From an uncultured Atopobiaceae bacterium (GTDB lineage: Bacteria; Actinomycetota; Coriobacteriia; Coriobacteriales; Atopobiaceae): a DNA stretch of 64,000 bases. Location: NCBI GenBank assembly GCA_963557715.1, contig CAUWCN010000006.1, positions 3,468-67,467 of the forward strand, read 5' to 3'. The position numbers were made by a program, and so were the translations under genes. Position 1 is the stretch's first letter. Each line of letters begins with the position of its first letter. The notes under the pieces were generated by a model. It saw nothing but the letters and a program-made list of their open reading frames with translations. It ran no database searches and was not told the DNA's origin. Shown here piece by piece: positions 1 to 10,592 of this stretch.

Positions 1-779
1 TGCGCTGCGCCGGCTTCGACGCCGTCAACGTCGCCGTGGCCAAGGACCTGGGCATGACCGTCACACGCGTCCCGGCATACTCCCCCGAGGCGATCGCCGA
101 GCACGCCATGGGCCTGGCCCTGGCCGCCAACCGCCGCATCTGCAAGGGCTACAACCGCGTCCGCGAGAACGACTTCTGCCTCGAGGGCCTCGTCGGCGAC
201 ACGCTGCACGGCAAGGTCGCCGGCATCGTGGGCACCGGCCGCATCGGCGCCGCGCTGTGCCGCATCTGCAAGGGCTTCGGCATGACCGTCCTCGGCTCCG
301 ACCTGTACCCCAACCAGTCCCTCGTCGAGCAGGGCATCGTGGACGAGTACGTCGACTACGACGAGCTCTACCGCCGCTCCGACCTCATCTCGCTGCACGC
401 CTTCCTCAACGAGGAGAGCCGCCACATGATCAACGACGAGTCCATCTCCAAGATGAAGGACGGCGTCATCTTCATCAACACCGGCCGCGGCGGCCTCGTG
501 GACACCCAGGCGCTCATCCGCGGCATCCTGTCGGGCAAGATCGGCGCCGCCGGCCTCGACGTCTACGACGAGGAGGGCCCCAACGTCTACCAGGACCGCG
601 CCGGCGAGGTCATCGACTCCGTCACCGCGCGCCTGTGCTCCTTCCCCAACGTTGTCGTCACCAGCCACCAGGCCTTCTTCACCCACGAGGCCCTCGGCGA
701 GATCGCCCGCGTCACCCTGGACAACGCGACCGCCTATGCCAATGGCACGGATTTCGTTGACAGGAGCGTCGTCTGCTAG
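1..779 (+). CDS. ldhA: D-lactate dehydrogenase / D-2-hydroxyacid dehydrogenase (5' end outside window)
   Basis: RVPAYSPEAIAEH, GIVGTGRIG Rossmann motif, INTGRG, GLDVY and SHQAF catalytic His. The frame is open to the window edge (LRCAGFD upstream of the annotated start). Confidence 0.88.
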   Translation, partial: RCAGFDAVNVAVAKDLGMTVTRVPAYSPEAIAEHAMGLALAANRRICKGYNRVRENDFCLEGLVGDTLHGKVAGIVGTGRIGAALCRICKGFGMTVLGSDLYPNQSLVEQGIVDEYVDYDELYRRSDLISLHAFLNEESRHMINDESISKMKDGVIFINTGRGGLVDTQALIRGILSGKIGAAGLDVYDEEGPNVYQDRAGEVIDSVTARLCSFPNVVVTSHQAFFTHEALGEIARVTLDNATAYANGTDFVDRSVVC

Positions 780-863
780 AAGCCGGCGCCGCGACACACT
801 AAACTGTTCCTAGTTTCGAGCGAATCGGTTTCCCAATTCCCTCCGACAGAGAGAAGGTCATTG

Positions 864-2309
864 ATGGCATTCAGAAAGAAGACCAAGATCGTCTGCACCA
901 TGGGCCCGGCCACCGAGGACGAGGAGGTCCTGCGCCAGCTCATCCTGCACGGCATGAACGTCGCCCGCTTCAACTTCTCCCACGGCTCCCACGAGTACCA
1001 CCGCACCATGATCGAGAAGGTCCGCTCCCTGTCCGACGAGCTGGGCATCCCCGTGGCCATCCTGCTCGACACCAAGGGCCCCGAGGTCCGCACCGGCGTC
1101 CTGGCCGACGGCAAGAAGGTCACCCTCGAGACCGGCAAGACCTGCGTCGTCACCACCGACGACGACGTCATCGGCACCGCCGAGCGCTTCTCGCTGGACT
1201 ACAAGAACCTCCCGAGCGAGGTCGAGAAGGGCTCTGTCATCCTGATCGACGACGGCCTCATCGGCCTCGAGGTCGACCACGTCGAGGGCAACGACATGCA
1301 CTGCGTGATCACCAACGGCGGCGAGCTGGGCGAGCACAAGGGCGTCAACGTCCCCAACGTCAACATCGGCTTGCCCTCCGTCACCGCCCAGGACCGCGCC
1401 GACATCATGTTCGGCTGCGAGCTCGGCATCGACGCCATCGCCGCGTCCTTCATCCGCGACGGCGAGGCCGTCGAGGAGATCCGCAAGATCTGCCTGGAGA
1501 TGGGCAGCCCCAACGTCCAGATCTTCCCGAAGATCGAGAGCTACCTGGGCGTCAAGAACTTCGACGAGATCCTGCACGCCGCCGACGGCATCATGGTCGC
1601 CCGTGGCGACCTGGGCGTCGAGGTCCCTGCGGCTCAGGTCCCGCACATCCAGAAGACCATCATCAAGAAGTGCGCCGAGCACTACAAGCCGGTCATCACC
1701 GCCACCCAGATGCTCGACTCCATGCAGCGCAACCCGCGCCCGACCCGTGCCGAGATCACCGACGTCGCCAACGCCGTCTACGACGGCACCGACTGCGTGA
1801 TGCTCTCCGGCGAGACCGCTGCTGGCAAGTACCCCGTCGAGGCCGTGCGCACCATGTCCGAGATTTGCAAGGAGACCGAGAAGTACCTCACCAGCAAGGG
1901 CGAGTACTTCGACCGCGGCGGCGTCCGCAACGTCAACGGCGCCACCGGCTTCGCCGCCGTCGAGATGGCCAACCGCGTCGACGCCAGGTGCATCCTGGTG
2001 CCGACCCACTCCGGCCGCTCCGCGCGCCTGATCTCCAAGTTCCGTCCCTCCATGCCGCTGTACGCCATGTCGCCCAGCGACGAGAGCATCCGTCGCACCT
2101 GCTTCTACTGGGGCGTCTACGCCTTCCGCACCAGCGAGCAGGGCACCCTCTCCAACACCCTCTACAACGCGCTGACCGTCGCCAAGGACGCGGGCGTCGT
2201 CGAGTCCGGCGACTGCGTCGTCATCACCGCCGGCGACCCGCAGACCTCTCCGCGCCTGGGTGACTACACCACCTCCACCAACATGGCCATGATCGCCCAG
2301 GTCCAGTAG
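864..2309 (+). CDS. pyk: pyruvate kinase
   Basis: KTKIVCTMGP, RFNFSHG, DTKGPEVR, MVARGDLG, ATQMLDSM, PRPTRAE and MLSGETA motifs; RBS GAAGG. Confidence 0.98.
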   Translation: MAFRKKTKIVCTMGPATEDEEVLRQLILHGMNVARFNFSHGSHEYHRTMIEKVRSLSDELGIPVAILLDTKGPEVRTGVLADGKKVTLETGKTCVVTTDDDVIGTAERFSLDYKNLPSEVEKGSVILIDDGLIGLEVDHVEGNDMHCVITNGGELGEHKGVNVPNVNIGLPSVTAQDRADIMFGCELGIDAIAASFIRDGEAVEEIRKICLEMGSPNVQIFPKIESYLGVKNFDEILHAADGIMVARGDLGVEVPAAQVPHIQKTIIKKCAEHYKPVITATQMLDSMQRNPRPTRAEITDVANAVYDGTDCVMLSGETAAGKYPVEAVRTMSEICKETEKYLTSKGEYFDRGGVRNVNGATGFAAVEMANRVDARCILVPTHSGRSARLISKFRPSMPLYAMSPSDESIRRTCFYWGVYAFRTSEQGTLSNTLYNALTVAKDAGVVESGDCVVITAGDPQTSPRLGDYTTSTNMAMIAQVQ

Positions 2310-2339
2310 CCTCGGCCCTCTCGCCACGCGCACCACGTC

Positions 2340-2377
2340 GGACGCCCGTCTCCCCCACCGGAGGCGGGCGTCCTTTT
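2340..2377 (+). terminator. intrinsic terminator after pyk
   Basis: Stem ggacgcccgtctcc / ggaggcgggcgtcc followed by TTTT. Confidence 0.8.
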
Positions 2378-2518
2378 GCGTGCGGGGCGTCCTTTTGCGT
2401 GCGGGGCGGGCGTCCCTTCACGTGGCCCAAACCAGCCGCCGGTCCCCCGGTCGGTTGAGGGCGCGGCCGAGAAGGGCCATGATGGGTGTCATCTGGAAGC
2501 AAGCGAGAGGAGACAGAC

Positions 2519-3310
2519 ATGGGCAAGCTCGACGGCAAGGTCGCCATCGTCACGGGGGCCTCGAAGGGCATCGGCAGCGGCATCGCGCGCGTCTTCGCGC
2601 GCCACGGCGCCAAGGTGGTGCTCGCGGCCCGCGGTGAGGCGGTCATGGACCTCGCCGAGCAGATCCGCGCCGAGGGCCACGAGGCCATCGGCGTCACGTG
2701 CGACGTGAGCGACCACGCGGACTGCGAGCGCCTCGCGCAGGCGGCACTCGACGCCTACGGCCGCATCGACGTGCTCGACTGCAACGCGGGCATCTGCGTG
2801 CTGGGCGACTTCCTCGAGGCCGACGACTCCTGGCGCGACTCCCACATCGACGTGAACGTCAAGGGCGTCTGGAACGCCTGCCAGGCCGTGGCGCCCCACA
2901 TCATCGCCCAGGGCGGCGGCTCCATCGTGATCACGAGCTCCGTGACCGGCGACCTCGTCGCCGACCCGGGCGAGGTGGCCTACGCCACCACCAAGGCCGC
3001 GCTCGTCGGCTTCACCAAGGCGCTCGCCCGCGAGTTCGCCGACAGGCACGTGCGCGTCAACTGCATCTGCCCGGGCTACATCCGCACCCCGCTCGTGGAC
3101 GGCATGGCCCAGCAGTCCGACCCGGACGACCCCGAGCGCGCCATCGCAGCCATCGCGTCGGCCGTGCCGCTGGGCCGCCTGGGCACGCCCGAGGAGTGCG
3201 GCGAGCTCTGCGCGTTCCTCGCGTCCGACGAGTCGAGCTACCTCACCGGCACGCAGATCGTGATCGACGGCGGCTCCACGCTGCCCGAGACGTCCTCGAT
3301 GGGCCAGTAG
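2519..3310 (+). CDS. ucpA: SDR oxidoreductase, UcpA-like
   Basis: MGKLDGK..TGASKGIG, NAG, SSVTGDLVADPGEVAYATTK (YxxxK) and IDGGSTLPET, as in UcpA; RBS GAGGAG. Confidence 0.8.
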   Translation: MGKLDGKVAIVTGASKGIGSGIARVFARHGAKVVLAARGEAVMDLAEQIRAEGHEAIGVTCDVSDHADCERLAQAALDAYGRIDVLDCNAGICVLGDFLEADDSWRDSHIDVNVKGVWNACQAVAPHIIAQGGGSIVITSSVTGDLVADPGEVAYATTKAALVGFTKALAREFADRHVRVNCICPGYIRTPLVDGMAQQSDPDDPERAIAAIASAVPLGRLGTPEECGELCAFLASDESSYLTGTQIVIDGGSTLPETSSMGQ

Positions 3311-3339
3311 CGCCCGCGACCGGGGAACAGCGAACAAGA

Positions 3340-3383
3340 AGGAGGGCGCGCTCCCGACACCGTCGTCGGGCGCGCGCCCTCCT
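3340..3383. terminator. GC hairpin between convergent genes
   Basis: aggagggcgcgc...gcgcgccctcct stem, preceded by AACAAGA (U-rich tail on the minus strand). Confidence 0.6.
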
Positions 3384-3521
3384 CGTGTCAGGCGACTGGG
3401 TGCGGGCTGGGTGCACGCTGGCCGCGGGCCGGGCGCGGACGGCGCGCGCGCCATGGGCGCGGGCCGGCGCGCGGGCGGAAGCCGGGGCGCCTCTCGCCGG
3501 CCGGGGCGTCGCGCGCAGGGG

Positions 3522-4184
3522 CTACCGCGACGTCGCGCGGGCCAGCAGGCGCTCGGCCACGGCCTGGTGGGCGCGCTCCCGCGCCTCCGAGAAGAACGCG
3601 TCCGTGAGCAGGGCGTAGCTCGGCTCGCCGTCCACGTGCTCGCGGCGGTTCTCGCGGACGATGCCCCTCTCGACGTCGACGGCGGCGCGGACGTCAGGGG
3701 CCTCGACGCGGTACTGCGGGAAGGCGGCGCACTGGGCGAGAAGCGCCTCGTCGACGCGCGGCTGCATGGAGATGTCGAGCGTGCGGCCGAAGAGGGCGAA
3801 GTCGGCCTGCTTGCGCTCGCGCGCAGTCTCGCCGGGACGCATGCGCACGTTGCGCAGGAAGGCGCGTGTGCAGGCGTTGTAGACGTGGTCGCAGGCGAGG
3901 TGGGCCCAGGCGCCCAGGACGACGTCGGTCACGTCGTCGCGGCCCTCGACGTACAGGCCCCAGAAGAGGTCGTGGTCGGGCAGCGGGATGTGCCCGGGAC
4001 TGGCGAGGTGCGTCTGAGTGTAGTCGATGAGGCGCGTCGTGCCGGGGACCATGTAGCCAACGTAGACGTCGGGCAGCAGGTTGCCGAAGAGGAAGGCGTT
4101 GGGGTCGGCGACGCCGATGGCGTCGGCCCCGAGCTCGCGAAGGAGCCGCTCGGCGTGCGCGGTATGGATGTTCCAGCTAGGCAT
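3522..4184 (-). CDS. zinc-dependent phospholipase C/S1-like fold metal-binding protein
   Basis: N-terminal MP..W..H, GNLLPD, THL and GAWAHLACD (HxxxD) pattern typical of this family. Confidence 0.65.
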   Translation of the reverse strand: MPSWNIHTAHAERLLRELGADAIGVADPNAFLFGNLLPDVYVGYMVPGTTRLIDYTQTHLASPGHIPLPDHDLFWGLYVEGRDDVTDVVLGAWAHLACDHVYNACTRAFLRNVRMRPGETARERKQADFALFGRTLDISMQPRVDEALLAQCAAFPQYRVEAPDVRAAVDVERGIVRENRREHVDGEPSYALLTDAFFSEARERAHQAVAERLLARATSR

Positions 4185-4307
4185 GAGCCAACTCTATCAC
4201 CCGCGGGCCGCCGGGGGGGGACGAGAAGGCCCCGCCGCGCCTGCGACGGGGCCCGGAAGGGATGCGGCGGGAAGCGCGTCCCGCCGCAGGCGCAGCCTGG
4301 CTGAAGG

Positions 4308-5468
4308 CTATCGCTCGTACACGGTTCGGCCACCGACCATGGTGCGGACGACCTCGTACTCGTCGTCGAGGATAACGAGGTCGGCGCAGTTGCCCACGGC
4401 AATGGCGCCCTTGTCGGCCCAGCCGAGGAGCCTGGCCGGATTCTGGGTCATGGGCCTGCAGGCGAGCTCGACCGGAGCGCCGGTGAACCTCATGAGGTTG
4501 CGCAGGGCGCAGGCCTCGGTGAGCGTGGAGCCGGCGCGGACGCCGTTGGACGCGAGCTTGGCGTCGCCGTCCTCGACCACGACGTCGTTGACGCCGAGCT
4601 TGTACTTGCCGTCGGGCAGGCCCGCGGCCATGATCGAGTCCGTGACCGCCAGGATGCGGTCCCAGCCCTTGGCCTTGACGTACAGGCGGACGGTCCCAGG
4701 GTGCAGGTGACGGCCGTCGCAGATCGTCTCGGCGTACACGTCGCTCTCCAGGGCGACGCCGAAGATCGCGGGGTCGTGCTGGTGGAACAGGCGCATGGCG
4801 TTGCCGACGTGCGTGGCGGCCTTGGCGCCGGCGCGCACGCACTCCCAGGACAGGTCGTAACCGGCACCGCTGTGGCCGATGGCGCAGGTGATGCCCATGG
4901 CCTCGAGCTGCGGGATGAGCTCGGGGACGCCGGGGACCTCTGGCGCCAGCGTGGTGTACAGCACGTGGCCGCCGGCGGCCTCCTGGTAGCGACGAAAGAG
5001 CTCGGGGTCCGCCTGGTGCATGAGCAGGTCCTCGGGCATGGCGCCCTTGTACTCGCTGGACAGGCACGGGCCCTCCAGGTGGATGCCGAGAAGCGCCGCA
5101 CCGTCGTACGGGCCGCCCTCGATGACCTTGCGGGCCTCGGCGATGGCGGCAAGCGTCTGCTCCGGGGTGTCGGTCAGGATCGAGCACAGCCAGCCCGTGA
5201 CGCCCTGGCTCGCGAAGAAGCGGCCGATGCGGCGCAGGCCCTCCTCGTCGGCGGCGTTGACGTCGACGCCGGCGGCGCCGTGCGTGTGAACGTCCATGAA
5301 GCCGGGCAGGACGATGCGCCCGGAGGCGTCGAGGACGGGAAGGCCCTCGTGGTTGTCGTACTCGCTCGAGGTCGACGCGATTCGGCCGTCGACGACCTTG
5401 ACGTTGACGCGGGCGAGCTCGCCGTCGACGAGCACGCGCGCGCCGGTGATGTAGCAGGAACGCTCCAT
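4308..5468 (-). CDS. nagA: N-acetylglucosamine-6-phosphate deacetylase-like amidohydrolase (atypical)
   Basis: PGFMDVHTHG, HLEGP, GHS, THVGNAM, ICDGRH, VTD and AGS motifs. HQHDP is present where the canonical motif is HHRxP. Confidence 0.85.
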   Translation of the reverse strand: MERSCYITGARVLVDGELARVNVKVVDGRIASTSSEYDNHEGLPVLDASGRIVLPGFMDVHTHGAAGVDVNAADEEGLRRIGRFFASQGVTGWLCSILTDTPEQTLAAIAEARKVIEGGPYDGAALLGIHLEGPCLSSEYKGAMPEDLLMHQADPELFRRYQEAAGGHVLYTTLAPEVPGVPELIPQLEAMGITCAIGHSGAGYDLSWECVRAGAKAATHVGNAMRLFHQHDPAIFGVALESDVYAETICDGRHLHPGTVRLYVKAKGWDRILAVTDSIMAAGLPDGKYKLGVNDVVVEDGDAKLASNGVRAGSTLTEACALRNLMRFTGAPVELACRPMTQNPARLLGWADKGAIAVGNCADLVILDDEYEVVRTMVGGRTVYER

Positions 5469-5486
5469 GATGCTGTGCCCCCTTGT

Positions 5487-6302
5487 CTAGTAGGCCCTGC
5501 CGGCCGCAACGTCGTTGACGTAGATGCGGGCGTCGGGGTGGCCCTGGACGAGGGTCGCGGGGAAGCCCGCCGTGGGCTCGCCGTACGCGGCACGGCGCAC
5601 GACGGCACGGTGCCAGTCGCGGAAGACGCCGAGACGCACCTTGCGCGCGCCGAGGATCTGGCGCATGCCGATGGTGACGCAGCGGTGCGGCATGTCCTCG
5701 AGGGCGCCGCCGAGGTCGCCGACGCAGTTGGTGGCGCGGGTCTCCGGGTGGATGTCGAGCTTGCGGGTGTCGAGGTCGGCGAACTCCTCGCAGCTCATGG
5801 ACGCGTCGGGCTCGTTGAAGGCGAGGTGGCCGGTGATGCCGATGCCGCCGAAGCAGATGTCGACGCCGCCGAGCTCGTCGATGAGGCGGCCGACGCGCTC
5901 CGGGTCCTTGGGGTCGGGGAAGACGCGCTGCTCGACGGGCATGAGCAGCTCGGGGTCGATCTTGCCGTAGACCTCGCGGTTCATGAAGCCGCGGAAGGAC
6001 AGCGGGTCGGACTCGTCGATCCACTCGTCGTTGTCGTCGAGGTACTCGTCCATGTTGAAGAACCAGCAGTCCTTGAGGGACAGGCGCTCCTCGTTGACCA
6101 GGCGGACGAAGATGGGATACTGGCCGACAGGGCCGACGGGGCAGATGAAGACGGTCTTCTCGCCGCGCTCGTTGTGGGCGCGAATCTCGTCGACCATCTC
6201 GCGGGCCATCTCGTAGAAGACCTCGCCGGAGCTGCCGAGCTTGAGCAGCGGGACCTTGGCGTCGCGTCCGAGGTCCTCGGCGGAGATGTGGTAGTACTCC
6301 AT
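5487..6302 (-). CDS. glucosamine-6-phosphate deaminase/isomerase-like protein (NagB family, atypical)
   Basis: FNMDEY, GGIGITGHLAFNEP and CVTIGMRQIL. The phosphate loop reads CPVGPVG. RBS AGGAAGGGAG. Confidence 0.8.
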   Translation of the reverse strand: MEYYHISAEDLGRDAKVPLLKLGSSGEVFYEMAREMVDEIRAHNERGEKTVFICPVGPVGQYPIFVRLVNEERLSLKDCWFFNMDEYLDDNDEWIDESDPLSFRGFMNREVYGKIDPELLMPVEQRVFPDPKDPERVGRLIDELGGVDICFGGIGITGHLAFNEPDASMSCEEFADLDTRKLDIHPETRATNCVGDLGGALEDMPHRCVTIGMRQILGARKVRLGVFRDWHRAVVRRAAYGEPTAGFPATLVQGHPDARIYVNDVAAGRAY

Positions 6303-6422
6303 GGGTTTGCTCCCTTCCTCATGTGCCACGGCCCCTCCCGCAAGAGGACACTCATCCTGCGAAAGGGGCCATGGCGGCCAGCCTGCTCAGGCTGGGATGC
6401 GATTCAAGCTGTCGTGCGCGTG

Positions 6423-7490
6423 CTACTTGATCTTCTCGTAGAGCTCGGCGCCCTTCTGCATGGCGTCGAAGTCGATGTAGTCGTCCAGCGGGACCTCGCC
6501 CTCGACCTTGCCGCCGTCGACGAAGACCTTCTGCTGGGCCTGGTAGTAGCCGCGGATGGTGTCGATGTCGCCGATGCACTTGGCGGCACCCTCCCAGTCG
6601 CCCTCGCCCACGGACTCGAGCATGGTCTCCTCGGGGAGCTCCAGCTTGCTGGCGAGCATCTTGGCGACCTCGTCGATGTTGGCGGCACGGTAGACCTGGG
6701 CCTTGTCGATGGCCGCGCAGAAGCGCGCGAGGATGTCGGCGTTGGCCTCGGCGTACTCGGGCAGGCAGATGAAGGAGCCGGGGAAGGCGACCTTGTCGGA
6801 GTAGTCGGTGTTGGTGCCGAGAACCAGGTAGTCGTCACCGAGCTGCTTCTTGAGAGCGACGGTGTTGGGCGACCAGGTAGCGGCGGCGTCGATGGCGCCG
6901 GAGGTGAGGGCGGTCGTCATGCCGGCGACGTCCATCTCGACGGCGTTGATGTCGTCCATGGTCAGGCCAGCGCCCTCGAGGACGTACTGGAGGATGATCT
7001 CGGACGAGGTGCCTGCGGCCAGGCCGACCTGCTTGCCCTTGAGGTCGGCGGCGGTGTTGATGCCCCTGGCCTTGTTGGCGACGACGGCGTCGGCCTTGGA
7101 GAGCTGGTCGAACGCGAAGATCGTGGCCTGGCCCTGGATGCACAGGGAGTGGGCGCCGTGGCCGATCTGGGCGATGTCGATCTTGCCGGACTGCATAGCG
7201 GTGATCTCGGCCGGGCCCTTCTGGAACTGCTCGGGCTCGACGGTGATGCCGACCTCGGCGAAGTAGCCCTGCTCCATGGCGGTGAACAGCGAGGAGGCGG
7301 AGCCGAGGTTGGGCATGTAGGCGACGCGGAGGGTGACGGGCTCGTACTCGCTGCTCGCCGGCTTGTCGGCCGGCTTGTCACCGGACTCGCCGCTGCAGCC
7401 CGCCAGGGCCAGGCCGGCGGTGGCGACGGAGGCGGCACCGAAGAGCTTGAGGAACGAGCGGCGGGAAAGCTGGTCCATGATGTTCTCCAA
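6423..7490 (-). CDS. NitT/TauT (SsuA/TauA-like) ABC substrate-binding lipoprotein with Tat signal
   Basis: SRRSFLK twin-Arg motif, LAGC lipobox, and G..EITAMQSGKIDIA, ADLKGKQVG..GTSS and AL.SG.IDAA.TW.P motifs. Confidence 0.85.
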   Translation of the reverse strand: MENIMDQLSRRSFLKLFGAASVATAGLALAGCSGESGDKPADKPASSEYEPVTLRVAYMPNLGSASSLFTAMEQGYFAEVGITVEPEQFQKGPAEITAMQSGKIDIAQIGHGAHSLCIQGQATIFAFDQLSKADAVVANKARGINTAADLKGKQVGLAAGTSSEIILQYVLEGAGLTMDDINAVEMDVAGMTTALTSGAIDAAATWSPNTVALKKQLGDDYLVLGTNTDYSDKVAFPGSFICLPEYAEANADILARFCAAIDKAQVYRAANIDEVAKMLASKLELPEETMLESVGEGDWEGAAKCIGDIDTIRGYYQAQQKVFVDGGKVEGEVPLDDYIDFDAMQKGAELYEKIK

Positions 7491-7550
7491 TCAGATCTGA
7501 CGTGGGGGAGGCCCGCAGGCCTCCCCCTACTGACACGCGCTCTGGGCGCG

Positions 7551-8317
<767 letters not shown>

Positions 8318-8342
<25 letters not shown>

Positions 8343-9094
8343 CCCGTGAACCTCCTCTCGAGGTACCTGACGATCTTCTCGAAGCAGATGCCGATGATGC
8401 CGAGCAGGATGATGCCGAGAAGGACGACGTCCATCTGGTAGAAGCCGGAGGCCTGCTGGATCATCATGCCGATGCCCTTGTCGCCGCCGACGATCTCGGA
8501 GGCCATGAGGGTCGTGAGCGAGGTGGAGAGTCCGAGCCTGGCGGCCACGAGGATGAACGGCGTGGAGGCAGGGATGGTCACCTTGAAGAAGATGTCGGAC
8601 TGCTTGGCGCCCAGGACGCGGGCCGCCTTGATGAGGGTGGTGTCGACCCCTCGGACGCCCTGGTAGATGGTAATGACCATAACCAGGAAGGAAGCGATGA
8701 AGATGACCGTGACCTTGGCGACCTGGCCGATGCCGAGGGCCGCGATGATCAGGAAGACGTACGCCAGGGGCGGGATGTTCCTGATGAACTGGATCCACGG
8801 CTCGACGAGGTGACGGAACGGGTCGTACCAGGCCATGAGGAACGCCACCGGGATCGAGATCACGAAGGCGATGCCGAAGCCCATAAGGACGCGCGACAGC
8901 GACGCCCACACGTGCGGCCACAGGGAACCGGACACTGCACGGGACACGAACGCGTCCCAGACCTGCACCGGAGACGCGAACACCGCAGGCCAGGTCGCGG
9001 AGGCGAGCATCCACAGCCCGACCGCCGCCGCGAAGGAAATCAGCGCCCAGGCCCAGCTGGGCACCTTGCTCCACATAGAACTCTTCTTGTTCAA
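8318..9094 (-). CDS. NitT/TauT ABC transporter permease
   Basis: Hydrophobic; SLSRV..GF, IPPLA and EAA-like KAARVLGA motifs. Confidence 0.9.
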
Positions 9095-9124
9095 CTTTCC
9101 CCCTCCTTGCTTCTACCTAAAGCG

Positions 9125-9440
9125 CTTAAACGATTAAGTACGGTAGATCGAAGGCCGGCGGAATCTCTCATCTCCTGCGCCTGTCGAGTCGAACGATTCG
9201 CGCGGCCTGTGCTACTCAAACGATTAAGTCCCCGCTGCCATGTTTCGGCTTGGGAACGTCAATGCTCGCGGCACCCGTCCGTGCATGCCGCTCGAGGATG
9301 AATCTAGGCCGCTGGCGCCGACTTGGCACGCCCTGCTCGGCCAACGGTAGCTTTTTGCGGGTAGACGCAAAATCCGCAGCCCGCTAAGCAAACGAGCCCG
9401 AACAGTGGTAAATAGATGCTACTAGGCTTAATCGTGTAAG
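9125..9440. promoter_or_regulatory. three LacI-type operators in a divergent promoter region
   Basis: CTTAAACGATTAAG (9125-9138), CTCAAACGATTAAG (9215-9228) and CTTAATCGTGTAAG (9427-9440, inverted). These are CG-centred palindromes next to a LacI gene. Confidence 0.75.
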
Positions 9441-9467
9441 TTAGGCGCGACCCACTGGGAGGGCAGA

Positions 9468-10592
9468 ATGGGACGACGCACGACGCTCAAGGACGTTGCC
9501 CGCGAGGCCGGCGTCACCGCCGCCACCGTGTCGTACGTGATCAACGACACCCCCGGCCAGTCGATCAGCGCCGAGACCCGCAGGCGCGTCATGGACGCCG
9601 TCGGGAAGCTGCACTACGCGCCCAACGCGCACGCGCGCACCCTGCGCAGCAAGAGCTCCCCGTGCGTCGGCGTGGTCATCACCAAGAACCTCGCCGTGCC
9701 ACGCTTCAGCCAGACCGTCTACGGCCTGCAGAGCCGCCTGAGCCGCGACGGCTACAGCGTGCTGCTGCTCGAGGACGCCCCGACGCCGGCGGGCTACGGC
9801 GCCTACGTCAACGCGTACCTCGCCGGCCGCGTCGAGGGCATCGTGTTCCTCGGCAAGGACAACGTCGGCCCCGACGAGCGCAGCGTCCAGGTGCTCGCGG
9901 AGGAGAAGGCCCCGTTCGTGGTCTTCGACTGCCAGTCCAAGGGCAGCACCCACAGCTCGGTCGACCTCGACTACGAAGGCGGCGCACAGCTCGTCGCCGA
10001 GCGCGTCCTCGAGTCGCGCCCGCGCCACGTGCTGTACTTCCGCCCGGACATGGACAACGCCCAGGAGGAGCTGCGCGAGCGCGGCGTGCAAGAGGCCTGC
10101 GAGGCGGCCGGCGTCGAGCTCATCGTCAGGCGCGCCCCCATCACGCAGGGCAACCTCGACACGTGGGACGCGCGCTACTCCGTCGGCGACACCGAGGAGG
10201 GCCTCGAGCTCACCGACCGCTTCCTCGAGTGCGTCTGCGAGGCGCTCGACCCCCTCGAGGACGGCGACGCCGTGATCAGCTCCTGGGCCACCTGGACGCA
10301 CTACTTCCGCAAGGCGACCCCGAACCGCCAGCTCACCTACGCAGAGCTCGCCAACAACGGCGAGAGCTGGATCGCATCCAACTTCTACACGCGCATGCCC
10401 AACTTCGAGGCCGGCGTCACGTGCGCCGAGGAGATCCTCTCGCTCATGCGAGGGGGCGTGGCGTGCGCCCGCAACATCCGCCTGTCGAACATCGTCGAGG
10501 CGACGATGCCCGCAAAGACCAGCAACGCCAGTCAACCCACGCCTTCGGGCATGGACAAGGAGATGATGCACAATGCCGCTCGTTCCGCTTAG
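9468..10592 (+). CDS. LacI-family transcriptional regulator
   Basis: TLKDVAREAGVTAATVSYVIN HTH and Y.PNA.ARTL hinge. Confidence 0.93.
   Translation: MGRRTTLKDVAREAGVTAATVSYVINDTPGQSISAETRRRVMDAVGKLHYAPNAHARTLRSKSSPCVGVVITKNLAVPRFSQTVYGLQSRLSRDGYSVLLLEDAPTPAGYGAYVNAYLAGRVEGIVFLGKDNVGPDERSVQVLAEEKAPFVVFDCQSKGSTHSSVDLDYEGGAQLVAERVLESRPRHVLYFRPDMDNAQEELRERGVQEACEAAGVELIVRRAPITQGNLDTWDARYSVGDTEEGLELTDRFLECVCEALDPLEDGDAVISSWATWTHYFRKATPNRQLTYAELANNGESWIASNFYTRMPNFEAGVTCAEEILSLMRGGVACARNIRLSNIVEATMPAKTSNASQPTPSGMDKEMMHNAARSA

Noticed and set aside
10500-10592. LacI/aldolase 20-bp overlap as a special feature
   Set aside because: Probably a trivial C-terminal extension or translational coupling.
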